Shown: positions 1-17,093, numbered from the stretch's first letter. The stretch: DNA of 64,000 bases from Escherichia coli (GCF_009931435.1 NZ_CP043414.1); one strand, 5' to 3'. Translations and numbers: made by a program. Notes: a model not told the origin generated them from the letters alone.

Positions 1-185
<185 letters not shown>

Positions 186-201
186 TTACAGGCGTTAGAT
201 T

Positions 202-225
202 TACATACATTTGTGAATGTATGTA
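202..225. promoter_or_regulatory. AcrR operator, 24-bp palindrome in the acrR/acrAB divergent promoter region
   Basis: tacatacatttgtgaatgtatgta is a perfect inverted repeat between the acrR and acrA starts; matches the known AcrR binding site. Confidence 0.8.
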
Positions 226-314
226 CCATAGCACGACGATAATATAAACGCAGCAATGGGTTTATTAACTTTTGACCATTGACCAATTTGAAATCGGACA
301 CTCGAGGTTTACAT

Positions 315-1508
315 ATGAACAAAAACAGAGGGTTTACGCCTCTGGCGGTCGTTCTGATGCTCTCAGGCAGCTTAGCCCTAACAGGATGTGACGACAAACA
401 GGCCCAACAAGGTGGCCAGCAGATGCCCGCCGTTGGCGTAGTTACAGTCAAAACTGAACCTCTGCAGATCACAACCGAGCTTCCGGGTCGCACCAGTGCC
501 TACCGGATCGCAGAAGTTCGTCCTCAAGTTAGCGGGATTATCCTGAAGCGTAATTTCAAAGAAGGTAGCGACATCGAAGCAGGTGTCTCTCTCTATCAGA
601 TTGATCCTGCGACCTATCAGGCGACATACGACAGTGCGAAAGGCGATTTAGCGAAAGCCCAGGCTGCAGCCAATATCGCGCAATTGACGGTGAATCGTTA
701 TCAGAAACTGCTGGGTACGCAGTACATCAGTAAGCAAGAGTACGATCAGGCTCTGGCTGATGCGCAACAGGCGAATGCCGCGGTAACTGCGGCGAAAGCT
801 GCCGTTGAAACTGCGCGTATCAATCTGGCTTACACCAAAGTCACCTCTCCAATTAGCGGCCGCATTGGTAAGTCAAACGTGACGGAAGGTGCCCTGGTGC
901 AAAACGGTCAGGCGACTGCGCTGGCAACCGTGCAGCAACTTGATCCGATCTACGTTGATGTGACTCAGTCCAGCAACGACTTCCTGCGCCTGAAACAGGA
1001 ACTGGCAAATGGCACGCTGAAACAAGAGAACGGCAAAGCCAAAGTGTCGCTGATCACCAGTGACGGCATTAAGTTCCCACAGGACGGTACGCTGGAGTTC
1101 TCTGACGTTACTGTCGATCAGACCACCGGGTCTATCACCCTACGCGCTATCTTCCCGAACCCGGATCACACTCTGCTGCCGGGTATGTTCGTGCGCGCAC
1201 GTCTGGAAGAAGGGCTTAATCCAAACGCCATTTTAGTCCCGCAACAAGGTGTAACCCGTACGCCGCGTGGCGATGCTACCGTACTGGTGGTAGGCGCGGA
1301 TGACAAAGTGGAAACCCGTCCGATCGTTGCAAGCCAGGCTATTGGCGATAAGTGGCTGGTGACAGAAGGTCTGAAAGCAGGCGATCGCGTAGTAATAAGT
1401 GGGCTGCAGAAAGTGCGTCCTGGTGTCCAGGTAAAAGCACAAGAAGTTACCGCTGATAATAACCAGCAAGCCGCAAGCGGTACTCAGCCTGAACAGTCCA
1501 AGTCTTAA
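315..1508 (+). CDS. acrA: Multidrug efflux RND periplasmic adaptor lipoprotein AcrA (397 aa)
   Basis: ORF 279..1508 trimmed to ATG 315 (MNKNRGFTPLAVVLMLSGSLALTGC lipoprotein signal); immediately upstream of acrB. Confidence 0.97.
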   Translation: MNKNRGFTPLAVVLMLSGSLALTGCDDKQAQQGGQQMPAVGVVTVKTEPLQITTELPGRTSAYRIAEVRPQVSGIILKRNFKEGSDIEAGVSLYQIDPATYQATYDSAKGDLAKAQAAANIAQLTVNRYQKLLGTQYISKQEYDQALADAQQANAAVTAAKAAVETARINLAYTKVTSPISGRIGKSNVTEGALVQNGQATALATVQQLDPIYVDVTQSSNDFLRLKQELANGTLKQENGKAKVSLITSDGIKFPQDGTLEFSDVTVDQTTGSITLRAIFPNPDHTLLPGMFVRARLEEGLNPNAILVPQQGVTRTPRGDATVLVVGADDKVETRPIVASQAIGDKWLVTEGLKAGDRVVISGLQKVRPGVQVKAQEVTADNNQQAASGTQPEQSKS

Positions 1509-1527
1509 CTTAAACAGGAGCCGTTAA

Positions 1528-4680
<3,153 letters not shown>

Positions 4681-4698
4681 TACAACGTGTAATCACTA

Positions 4699-4722
4699 AG
4701 GCCGCGCAAGCGGCCTTTTTTA
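4699..4722 (+). terminator. Rho-independent terminator after acrB
   Basis: GC hairpin ggccgc-gcaa-gcggcc followed by tttttt directly after the acrB stop. Confidence 0.7.
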
Positions 4723-5226
4723 GATGCATAACCTACGAGTTGAATGGGGAACTGAACAATCAACTCAGAATCTCATATGAAAACCAGTATTAACTTCGCA
4801 TAAAATTCATAAAAAATACTGATTGTTAGTTAATTTATATTAAGCAGGGCTAATAGATTTAATAATCCATAATCATTTAGAGGCTTTTCTTAATTATTTG
4901 CGGTAATTCTTTATTCATTCCTCGGTTATTACGACATATTCAGAGCATTCCTGGTATTAGTGTGACCAATTTCATCAGGCGATAATCTTGAAATGTTATG
5001 AACAGTTCGAGCAAACTGCTTTTACCTGCAGCGGGTTGGTGCTAGTATGAAAAAATGAGTCCTATCCCGCTTCCTTCCTATTTGTAATTTTTCGTAATAA
5101 TGCGATGAAAACCTGCAAAGAGTGGCTTATAGTTAAGCTAACAAACGAGAGGGCAAGTCCAGGTCAGTAAGTTTTTTCCATCCCGAAAGGTGTCCGTTAG
5201 TTCAACCGCTAAGAAGGGGACGCGTT

Positions 5227-5601
5227 ATGGATGAATACTCACCCAAAAGACATGATATCGCACAGCTTAAGTTTCTCTGTGAAACCCTGTATCATGATTG
5301 CCTTGCAAACCTTGAAGAAAGCAACCATGGCTGGGTTAACGACCCAACCTCGGCGATCAACCTCCAGTTGAATGAACTGATTGAGCATATTGCGACCTTC
5401 GCACTTAATTACAAAATTAAGTATAATGAAGACAATAAGCTCATTGAGCAGATCGACGAATATCTGGATGACACCTTTATGTTGTTCAGTAGTTATGGTA
5501 TTAATATGCAGGATCTTCAAAAATGGCGGAAGTCAGGTAATCGACTATTCCGTTGTTTTGTCAATGCGACGAAAGAGAATCCTGCGAGTTTATCTTGTTA
5601 G
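5227..5601 (+). CDS. tomB: Hha toxicity modulator TomB (YbaJ), 124 aa
   Basis: [29 protein letters not shown]..., directly upstream of hha. Confidence 0.95.
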
Positions 5602-5626
5602 AATTATTACAACCATGGGTAGAAGT

Positions 5627-5845
5627 ATGTCCGAAAAACCTTTAACGAAAACCGATTATTTAATGCGTTTGCGTCGTTGCCAGACAATTGACACGCTGGA
5701 GCGTGTTATCGAGAAAAATAAATACGAATTATCAGATAATGAACTGGCGGTATTTTACTCAGCCGCAGATCACCGCCTCGCCGAATTGACTATGAATAAA
5801 CTGTACGACAAGATCCCTTCCTCAGTATGGAAATTTATTCGCTAA
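5627..5845 (+). CDS. hha: Hemolysin expression-modulating protein Hha (72 aa)
   Basis: Internal ATG at 5627 of ORF 5381..5845 gives [72 protein letters not shown]. Confidence 0.95.
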
Positions 5846-6016
5846 TAAATAATTGGCTTTCGGAGCTATAACCAGCTGTTTATTAAGAATTTTATACTTT
5901 ATCGCCATGAAGGCGCACCCTATGTGATCTTCATCACACAGACGTAATGGGAACGTTCTCTTCACTGACTTTTCGTCTTACTGTGTTGCCGCATTTTCAG
6001 CAACCGGAGGTCAGTA

Positions 6017-6568
6017 ATGAGCACAGAAAAAGAAAAGATGATTGCTGGTGAGTTGTATCGCTCGGCAGATGAGACGTTATCTCGCGATCGCCTGCGCGCT
6101 CGTCAGCTTATTCACCGATACAATCATTCCCTGGCGGAAGAGGAAACATTACGCCAGCAAATTCTCGCTGAATTATTCGGTCAGGTGACAGAGGCTTATA
6201 TTGAGCCAACGTTTCGCTGTGACTATGGCTATAACATTTTTCTCGGCAATAATTTTTTCGCCAACTTCGATTGCGTGATGCTTGATGTCTGCCCTATTCG
6301 CATCGGTGATAACTGTATGTTAGCGCCAGGTGTTCATATCTACACGGCAACACATCCCATCGACCCTGTAGCACGTAATAGCGGTGTTGAACTGGGGAAA
6401 CCCGTCACCATCGGTAATAACGTCTGGATTGGCGGACGCGCAGTCATTAACCCTGGTGTGACCATTGGTGATAACGTCGTGGTAGCCTCAGGTGCAGTTG
6501 TCACAAAAGATGTCCCGGACAATGTTGTCGTGGGCGGTAATCCAGCCAGAATCATTAAAAAATTGTAA
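6017..6568 (+). CDS. maa: Maltose O-acetyltransferase (hexapeptide-repeat acyltransferase), 183 aa
   Basis: [24 protein letters not shown]... with left-handed beta-helix hexapeptide repeats ([27 protein letters not shown]). Confidence 0.95.
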   Translation: MSTEKEKMIAGELYRSADETLSRDRLRARQLIHRYNHSLAEEETLRQQILAELFGQVTEAYIEPTFRCDYGYNIFLGNNFFANFDCVMLDVCPIRIGDNCMLAPGVHIYTATHPIDPVARNSGVELGKPVTIGNNVWIGGRAVINPGVTIGDNVVVASGAVVTKDVPDNVVVGGNPARIIKKL

Positions 6569-6683
6569 CCTGTTTTTCGCAACTGTTATGCAAAATCGTG
6601 GCAAATCTGTTACTTTCCCTCTACTATTCCCACGTTAAAATAGGGTGTTCCCTGGAAAGTTGCAGATACCACGAAGGCAAACG

Positions 6684-7154
6684 ATGACCGAAATACAACG
6701 CCTGCTGACCGAAACGATTGAGTCTCTGAATACCCGCGAAAAACGCGACAACAAACCCCGCTTTAGTATCAGTTTTATCCGTAAACATCCGGGGCTGTTT
6801 ATCGGTATGTACGTTGCTTTTTTTGCCACCCTGGCGGTGATGTTGCAGTCCGAAACGCTGTCAGGCTCTGTCTGGCTACTGGTTGTATTATTTATCCTGC
6901 TTAATGGTTTCTTCTTTTTCGATGTCTACCCACGCTACCGCTATGAAGATATCGACGTGCTTGATTTCCGCGTTTGCTATAACGGCGAATGGTACAACAC
7001 GCGCTTTGTACCTGCCGCGCTGGTTGAAGCCATCTTGAACTCTCCGCGTGTCGCGGATGTTCATAAAGAACAACTGCAAAAAATGATCGTCCGTAAAGGT
7101 GAACTGTCTTTTTACGATATTTTTACCCTCGCTCGCGCCGAATCAACATCTTAA
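6684..7154 (+). CDS. ylaC: Inner membrane protein YlaC (DUF1449)
   Basis: ORF trimmed to ATG 6684 ([27 protein letters not shown]...); two hydrophobic segments; K-12 synteny. Confidence 0.85.
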
Positions 7155-7317
7155 GTTAGGATTACATACCAGGCGTAAAGCTCTACGCCTGGTCAAATGA
7201 CAACGATCGTTTCCACCCATCGCTTCATGAAATACCAGCTCTACCTCCTTATCTCCTGCCAGCCTTTTTCCACAATCAGATATACTTTCCCTACACTGTG
7301 TTAATAAGGATATGCTG

Positions 7318-8868
7318 GTGAGAACACGACATCTGGTCAGCCTGATTTCGGGAGTACTGATTCTTTCAGTATTACTGCCTGTCGGCTTAAGCATCTGGCT
7401 GGCCCATCAGCAAGTACAAACATCGTTTATTGAAGAGCTGAATACTTATTCCTCCCGCGTCGCTATTCGGGCCAATAAGGTGGCGATACAAGGGAAAGAT
7501 GCTCTGCAGGAGCTGGAAAGGTGGCAAGGTGCGGCCTGTAGCGCAGCCCATCTCATGAAAATGCGTCGGGTATCTTACAGTTATCGCTATATTCAGGAAG
7601 TGGTCTATATCGATAACAACGTTCCCCAGTGTTCGTCTCTGGAGCATGAAAGCCCACCCGATGCCTTCCCCGAGCCAGGTAAAATTTCGAAAGATGGTTA
7701 TCGGGTCTGGTTAACATCGCATAACGATTTAGGCATTATCCGTTACATGGTCGCTATAGGAACGGCACATTATGTCGTCATGATCGACCCCGCTTCCTTT
7801 ATTGATGTCATTCCCTATAGCTCATGGCAAATTGATGCCGCCATTATTGGCAATGCCCATAATGTTGTCATAACCAGCAGCGATGAAATTGCTCAGGGAA
7901 TTATTACCAGGCTACAAAAAACACCCGGTGAGCATATCGAAAATAATGGAATTATTTACGATATCCAGCCCTTCCCGGAGATGAATATTTCGATCATCAC
8001 CTGGGCTTCAACGAAAATGTTGCAGAAAGGCTGGCATCGGCAAGTCTTTATTTGGTTACCGCTCGGGTTGGTGATTGGCCTGCTGGCAGCGATGTTTGTG
8101 CTGCGTATTTTGCGCCGTATCCAGTCACCGCATCATCGGCTGCAGGATGCTATCGAAAATCGTGATATTTGCGTGCACTATCAGCCGATTGTCTCCTTAG
8201 CCAATGGAAAAATTGTCGGTGCTGAGGCACTGGCGCGCTGGCCGCAGACAGACGGTAGTTGGTTGTCACCAGATAGTTTTATTCCGCTGGCACAGCAAAC
8301 GGGGCTTTCTGAGCCGTTGACGCTACTGATTATAAAAAGTGTCTTTGAAGATATGGGCGACTGGCTGCGTCAGCATCCGCAGCAGCATATTTCGATCAAT
8401 CTTGAATCCACCGTGCTCACCTCGGAAAAAATCCCGCAATTGCTGCGTGAAATGATCAATCACTATCAGGTTAATCCCAGACAGATCGCGCTTGAACTCA
8501 CTGAACGCGAGTTTGCCGATCCGAAAACCAGCGCCCCGATAATTTCTCGCTACCGGGAGGCGGGCCATGAAATTTATCTCGATGATTTTGGTACGGGGTA
8601 TTCAAGTTTAAGCTATTTACAGGATCTGGATGTCGACATTCTGAAGATCGATAAATCTTTCGTTGATGCGCTGGAATATAAAAATGTCACGCCACATATC
8701 ATCGAAATGGCAAAAACACTGAAACTGAAAATGGTAGCGGAGGGAATCGAAACCAGTAAACAAGAAGAGTGGCTACGCCAGCATGGCGTGCACTACGGCC
8801 AGGGCTGGCTCTATAGCAAGGCATTACCGAAAGAGGATTTCTTACGCTGGGCCGAGCAACATTTGTGA
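7318..8868 (+). CDS. pdeB: c-di-GMP phosphodiesterase PdeB (YlaB), CSS-motif sensor plus EAL domain
   Basis: ORF 7312..8868; EAL-domain signatures (EALARW, DDFGTGYSSLSYL, KIDKSFV); start could be ATG 7312 or in-frame GTG 7318. Confidence 0.88.
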   Translation: MRTRHLVSLISGVLILSVLLPVGLSIWLAHQQVQTSFIEELNTYSSRVAIRANKVAIQGKDALQELERWQGAACSAAHLMKMRRVSYSYRYIQEVVYIDNNVPQCSSLEHESPPDAFPEPGKISKDGYRVWLTSHNDLGIIRYMVAIGTAHYVVMIDPASFIDVIPYSSWQIDAAIIGNAHNVVITSSDEIAQGIITRLQKTPGEHIENNGIIYDIQPFPEMNISIITWASTKMLQKGWHRQVFIWLPLGLVIGLLAAMFVLRILRRIQSPHHRLQDAIENRDICVHYQPIVSLANGKIVGAEALARWPQTDGSWLSPDSFIPLAQQTGLSEPLTLLIIKSVFEDMGDWLRQHPQQHISINLESTVLTSEKIPQLLREMINHYQVNPRQIALELTEREFADPKTSAPIISRYREAGHEIYLDDFGTGYSSLSYLQDLDVDILKIDKSFVDALEYKNVTPHIIEMAKTLKLKMVAEGIETSKQEEWLRQHGVHYGQGWLYSKALPKEDFLRWAEQHL

Positions 8869-8909
8869 ATTTTTGGGCTGACGGCACGCCGCACAGCCCG
8901 TCACGCTAC

Positions 8910-9263
8910 CTATTCGTCGATGATTGACTCGAATCCGCCATAGATCATTCGCTTGCCATCAAACGGCATGGACTCGCCGAACTCCTTCATCCGTGGGTCC
9001 GACATCATCTTTTGATTAGCAGCGTCGCGGACCTCTTTTGAAGGGTATTCAATCCAGCTAAAGACAACCTCTTCATTCTCTTCCGCTTTCACCGCCATAC
9101 GAAAATCGGTCACTTTGCCATCCGGTACATCGCTGGCCCAGCATTCGACAATACGAAGCGCGCCAAACTCTTTAAACAATGGCGCGGCCTTAGCGGCCAT
9201 TTCCCGATAGGCATCCTTTTTATCGGCAGGAACGGCAACCACAAAACCATCAACATACTTCAT
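8910..9263 (-). CDS. ybaA: DUF1428-family protein YbaA (117 aa)
   Basis: ORF MKYVDGFVVAVPADKKDAYREMAAKAAPLFKEFGALRIVECWASD... Confidence 0.9.
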   Translation of the reverse strand: MKYVDGFVVAVPADKKDAYREMAAKAAPLFKEFGALRIVECWASDVPDGKVTDFRMAVKAEENEEVVFSWIEYPSKEVRDAANQKMMSDPRMKEFGESMPFDGKRMIYGGFESIIDE

Positions 9264-9373
9264 CAGACATACCTCCGAAGCGTACTGCGCAGCCAGACAA
9301 TTCTTGCGACGTCAGTTGTGGTTAAAGTTTAGCCATGTTGGGATTTTTTGACGAAACGGGGGGAGGCAGAAAT

Positions 9374-9487
9374 GGGTGGGGGCCCTGCCAGCTACATCCC
9401 GGCACACACGTCATCTGCCTTGGCTGCTTCCTTCCGGACCTGACCTGGTAAACAGAGTAGCGTTGCGGGAGAACCAACAGAGCCCCC
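9374..9487 (-). ncRNA. ffs: 4.5S RNA (signal recognition particle RNA), 114 nt
   Basis: Minus strand reads GGGGGCTCTGTTGGTTCTCCCGCAACGCTACTCTGTTTACCAGGTCAGGTCCGGAAGGAAGCAGCCAAGGCAGATGACGTGTGTGCCGGGATGTAGCTGGCAGGGCCCCCACCC, the recalled E. coli 4.5S RNA sequence; expected between ybaA and atl. Confidence 0.92.
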
Positions 9488-9563
9488 ATTGAGAGCGTTG
9501 AGAACCAACGCGCAGGCGCATTATCACTGCTGCCCCGGCTAATTGCAACCCATTGCGTGCCAG

Positions 9564-9953
9564 ATGCTGGTTTCTTGCGCAATGCGGCTTCACTCGGGCG
9601 TTTTTCCAGATTATGCTGAAAAATTACCTCAGGAAGAAAAGATGGAAAAAGAAGATTCATTTCCCCAACGCGTCTGGCAAATCGTAGCCGCTATTCCCGA
9701 AGGCTATGTCACCACTTACGGTGATGTGGCGAAACTGGCGGGCTCGCCCCGCGCCGCGCGCCAGGTGGGTGGTGTGTTAAAGCGTCTCCCGGAAGGCAGC
9801 ACCTTGCCCTGGCATCGGGTGGTTAATCGCCACGGCACCATTTCGCTAACCGGACCGGATTTACAGCGTCAGCGACAGGCATTACTGGCAGAAGGTGTGA
9901 TGGTGTCAGGAAGAGGGCAAATCGACTTGCAGCGTTATCGCTGGAACTACTAA
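9564..9953 (+). CDS. atl: Alkyltransferase-like DNA-binding protein Atl (YbaZ), 129 aa
   Basis: ORF 9543..9953 trimmed to internal ATG (MLVSCAMRLHSGVFPDYAEKL...); MGMT-like DNA-binding domain motif (VTTYGDVAKLAGSPRAARQVG ... PWHRVVN). Confidence 0.85.
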   Translation: MLVSCAMRLHSGVFPDYAEKLPQEEKMEKEDSFPQRVWQIVAAIPEGYVTTYGDVAKLAGSPRAARQVGGVLKRLPEGSTLPWHRVVNRHGTISLTGPDLQRQRQALLAEGVMVSGRGQIDLQRYRWNY

Positions 9954-9976
9954 CCCTCTCCGGGCGGAGAGGGTTA
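9952..9976. terminator. Hairpin between convergent atl and ybaY (probable bidirectional terminator)
   Basis: Inverted repeat aaccctctccg / cggagagggtt around a short loop directly after the atl stop. Confidence 0.5.
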
Positions 9977-9983
9977 ACTTCGC

Positions 9984-10556
9984 TTAATATTGCGTAGGAG
10001 CTGGAACTGCCGAAGACGGATTCACCTGGGTTGGTGAAGTTGATGGTACGGTAGTCGTTGCGCCCCCGCTGGCCTGAACCGGCACGGCGGTTTGCTGCAC
10101 CGGCACCAATGTCAGGTCAGCTTTAGTTCCGCCCTGGTTGATCACCGGCTGAACGGTATCGGTAATAAATACCAGTTTGTCATTCACGGTAATCGCCGCA
10201 CTCAACAGAATACGCGCGTTCGGCTGAACATCTGCCGGGTTAAATGGCAGAACAAAGCTGAATGGTGACTGTTTGCCTTCGGTACGCACCGCTTTCTGCG
10301 CCAGTACTTTTGACGGTGCATCGGCTAACGACGCGTCAGAAAGTGTCACGGTCAGCACGGCATCAGGCGGCAGTGCGACTTTCTGACGGATCCAGACGGT
10401 ACCGGAAACATTCGGTTGCTGGATAGCAGGTTGCTGTGTTGCTGAAATAGAGGTATTTGCAGCCGGTGCTGGCGTCTGAATATCCGCGCTTTTATCTGCG
10501 CAAGCCGCCAACGCAATCGCAACCGCTAAACCACTGACCATGTGCACGAGTTTCAT
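9984..10556 (-). CDS. ybaY: Outer membrane lipoprotein YbaY (190 aa)
   Basis: ORF MKLVHMVSGLAVAIALAACADKSADIQ... with lipobox LAAC. Confidence 0.9.
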   Translation of the reverse strand: MKLVHMVSGLAVAIALAACADKSADIQTPAPAANTSISATQQPAIQQPNVSGTVWIRQKVALPPDAVLTVTLSDASLADAPSKVLAQKAVRTEGKQSPFSFVLPFNPADVQPNARILLSAAITVNDKLVFITDTVQPVINQGGTKADLTLVPVQQTAVPVQASGGATTTVPSTSPTQVNPSSAVPAPTQY

Positions 10557-10773
10557 TCACTTCTCCTTATTATCAATGCACCAGCGGGCTAACTTTCCTC
10601 GCCGGAAGAGTGGTTAACAAAATAGTAACGTCAACAAGTGTGGCACACATCACGCATTTCTGCCTGTAATTGGCTAGTAATTCAGACTATTGCACCCATC
10701 GGACCAGTGGCAAATTTGCGTTATACTCAACTCACTTTGGCTTGCTGCGGCAGCTTTGTTACTGGAGAGTTAT

Positions 10774-11634
10774 ATGAGTCAGGCGCTAAAAAATTTACTG
10801 ACATTGTTAAATCTGGAAAAAATTGAGGAAGGACTCTTTCGCGGCCAGAGTGAAGATTTAGGTTTACGCCAGGTGTTTGGCGGCCAGGTCGTGGGTCAGG
10901 CCTTGTATGCTGCAAAAGAGACCGTCCCTGAAGAGCGGCTGGTACATTCGTTTCACAGCTACTTTCTTCGCCCAGGCGACAGTAAGAAGCCGATTATTTA
11001 TGATGTCGAAACGCTGCGTGACGGTAACAGCTTCAGCGCCCGCCGGGTTGCTGCTATTCAAAACGGTAAACCGATTTTCTATATGACAGCCTCTTTCCAG
11101 GCTCCGGAAGCGGGTTTCGAACATCAAAAAACAATGCCGTCCGCGCCAGCGCCTGATGGCCTGCCTTCGGAAACGCAAATCGCCCAATCGCTGGCGCACC
11201 TGCTGCCGCCAGTGCTGAAAGATAAATTCATCTGCGATCGTCCGCTGGAAGTCCGTCCGGTGGAGTTTCATAACCCACTGAAAGGACATGTCGCAGAACC
11301 ACATCGTCAGGTGTGGATCCGCGCAAATGGTAGCGTACCGGATGATCTGCGCGTTCATCAGTATCTGCTCGGTTACGCTTCTGACCTTAATTTCCTGCCG
11401 GTAGCTTTACAGCCGCACGGCATCGGTTTTCTCGAACCAGGGATTCAGATAGCAACCATCGACCATTCCATGTGGTTCCATCGCCCGTTTAATTTGAATG
11501 AATGGCTGCTGTATAGCGTGGAGAGCACCTCGGCGTCCAGCGCACGCGGCTTTGTGCGCGGTGAGTTTTATACCCAGGACGGCGTGCTGGTTGCCTCGAC
11601 CGTTCAGGAAGGGGTAATGCGTAATCACAATTAA
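10774..11634 (+). CDS. tesB: Acyl-CoA thioesterase II (286 aa)
   Basis: ORF 10690..11634 trimmed to ATG 10774 ([44 protein letters not shown]...). Confidence 0.95.
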
Positions 11635-11672
11635 AAAAACAGCCGGAGGTGAAAACCGTCCGGCTGTTTTTT
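11634..11672. terminator. Bidirectional rho-independent terminator between tesB and amtB
   Basis: aaaaaaa-cagccgga-(11 nt loop)-tccggctg-tttttt, flanked by A-run and T-run. Confidence 0.7.
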
Positions 11673-11682
11673 GCAGTGCTTA

Positions 11683-12969
11683 TTACGCGTTATAGGCATT
11701 TTCACCGTGGCTGTTGACGTCCAGCCCTTCTCGTTCCTGCTCTTCCGGTACACGCAGACCAACCGTCAGATCCGCCAGTTTGTAGCCGATAAAAGCCACC
11801 ACACCAGACCAGACAATCGTAATGGCAATACTTTCCAGCTGTACCAGCAGCTGATGCCCCATCGTCACACCTTCGGCAAAACCCACTCCGCCCAGCGAAC
11901 TGGCGGCAAAAATCCCAGTCATGATACAGCCGACAATGCCACAAACGCCGTGCACACCGAAGACATCGCAGGGATCATCCACCCGCAGCAAGCGTTTGAG
12001 CATGGTAACGCCCCACAAGCCCGCCAGACCAGCGACTACGCCGATAATCAACGCGCCGCCAACACCAATGTAGCCACAGGCTGGCGTCACGCCGACCAGA
12101 CCGGCAATCGCGCCAGAACACGCCCCCAGCAGTGAAGGCTTACCGCGCAGCGCCCATTCACCGAAGATCCAGCCAAGAATTGCCGCCGCCGTTGCGACCA
12201 CAGTATTCACAAATGCCAGTGCTGCGATTTCATTCGCCATGCCCGCTGACCCGGCATTAAAGCCAAACCAACCGATATAGAGAATGGCAGTCCCGGTGAA
12301 GACCATCGGCAGGTTGTGCGGTTTAAACGCCTCTTTGCCGAAGCCCACGCGTTTGCCAATTAGATATGCGCCCACCAGACCTGCAATAGCGGCGTTAATG
12401 TGCACCACCGTGCCACCCGCAAAATCCAGCGCACCGTGAGAAGCCAGCAAACCGCCGCCCCAGACCATATGCGCAATCGGAATGTAAGAAAGCGTCAGCC
12501 ACACCACCACGAAAATCAGCACAGCTGAGAAGCGGATCCGTTCCGCCAGTGCCCCGACGATCAAGCCGACGGTAATGCAGGCAAACGATCCCTGAAACGC
12601 CACGTGGATATACTGATAAATGCTGCCCATCACCGCCGTCAGTTCGATGTTTTTCAGCATCAACCAGTTAATGTTACCGAAGAAGTTGTTGCCCTCACCA
12701 AACGCCAGCGAGTAGCCGTAAACCACCCAGAGAATGCAGACCAGAGCAAACGTCACCGTCACCTGCGTCAGCATCGACAGCACGTTTTTGCCGCGAATTA
12801 ACCCACCGTAAAACAGGGCAATCCCCGGAATAGTCATAAACAGCACCAGCGCAGTACAAATCATCATAAACGCATTGTCGGCTTTATCGGCCACCGCAGG
12901 TGCAGCCATTACCAGTCCCGGCAGCATCGCCAGTGAAGCAAGCCCAGTTTTTATCGTCGCTATCTTCAT
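11683..12969 (-). CDS. amtB: Ammonium channel AmtB (428 aa)
   Basis: ORF MKIATIKTGLASLAMLPGLVMAAPAVADKADNAFMMICTALVLFMTIPGIALFYGG...; downstream of glnK. Confidence 0.97.
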   Translation of the reverse strand: MKIATIKTGLASLAMLPGLVMAAPAVADKADNAFMMICTALVLFMTIPGIALFYGGLIRGKNVLSMLTQVTVTFALVCILWVVYGYSLAFGEGNNFFGNINWLMLKNIELTAVMGSIYQYIHVAFQGSFACITVGLIVGALAERIRFSAVLIFVVVWLTLSYIPIAHMVWGGGLLASHGALDFAGGTVVHINAAIAGLVGAYLIGKRVGFGKEAFKPHNLPMVFTGTAILYIGWFGFNAGSAGMANEIAALAFVNTVVATAAAILGWIFGEWALRGKPSLLGACSGAIAGLVGVTPACGYIGVGGALIIGVVAGLAGLWGVTMLKRLLRVDDPCDVFGVHGVCGIVGCIMTGIFAASSLGGVGFAEGVTMGHQLLVQLESIAITIVWSGVVAFIGYKLADLTVGLRVPEEQEREGLDVNSHGENAYNA

Positions 12970-12998
12970 TTTTCGTTCCTGTTGCTGTGTGCCAGAGA

Positions 12999-13337
12999 TT
13001 ACAGCGCCGCTTCGTCGGCTTCGCCGGTACGAATACGAATGACGCGTTGCAATTCAGCGACGAAGATTTTGCCGTCGCCAATTTTTCCGGTGTAAGCCGC
13101 CTTGCTGACGATATCGATCACTTCATCGAGTTGGTCATCAGCAATCGCCACATCAATTTTTACTTTTGGCAGAAAGTTGACGCTGTATTCCGCCCCCCGG
13201 TACAGCTCGGCATGCCCTTTCTGACGCCCGAAACCTTTCACTTCGGTGACGGTCAGGCCCTGAATACCAATGGAAGATAACGCTTCACGAACGTCTTCCA
13301 GCTTGAATGGTTTGATTATCACGGTCACCAGCTTCAT
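12999..13337 (-). CDS. glnK: Nitrogen regulatory protein PII-2, GlnK (112 aa)
   Basis: Internal ATG of ORF 12999..13475 gives MKLVTVIIKPFKLEDVREALSSIGIQGLTVTEVKGFGRQKGHAELYRGAEY... Confidence 0.97.
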   Translation of the reverse strand: MKLVTVIIKPFKLEDVREALSSIGIQGLTVTEVKGFGRQKGHAELYRGAEYSVNFLPKVKIDVAIADDQLDEVIDIVSKAAYTGKIGDGKIFVAELQRVIRIRTGEADEAAL

Positions 13338-13388
13338 AGATCCCCTCCGGTCAGAATTCGGTAATGGTTCTGCTACACAAATAAGGTA

Positions 13389-13406
13389 TTGCAAGCGGTG
13401 TGCCAG
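13389..13406 (-). promoter_or_regulatory. sigma54 (-24/-12) promoter of glnK-amtB
   Basis: Minus strand reads cTGGCACaccgcTTGCAa (TGGCAC-N5-TTGCA) about 50 nt upstream of the glnK ATG; NtrC-like GCAC-N7-GTGC palindromes further upstream at 13459..13503. Confidence 0.7.
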
Positions 13407-13517
13407 AAATGAAAAACGAGAAAGAGAGCAGGAAGTTAAGAAGATTGAAAACAAAAACGCACTATGACAGTGCACAGTGCGTTACATTTTTGCACCAACG
13501 ATGAAATATTGCGCTAT

Positions 13518-17064
<3,547 letters not shown>

Positions 17065-17093
17065 GCGTAGTGTCCTGACCTGATTCTGGATAT

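Noticed and set aside
9322-9660. 112-aa ORF (and the nested 9411..9593 ORF) between ybaA and atl
   Set aside because: The locus is occupied by the ffs 4.5S RNA gene on the same strand; the ORFs are translations of a structured RNA and its flanks.
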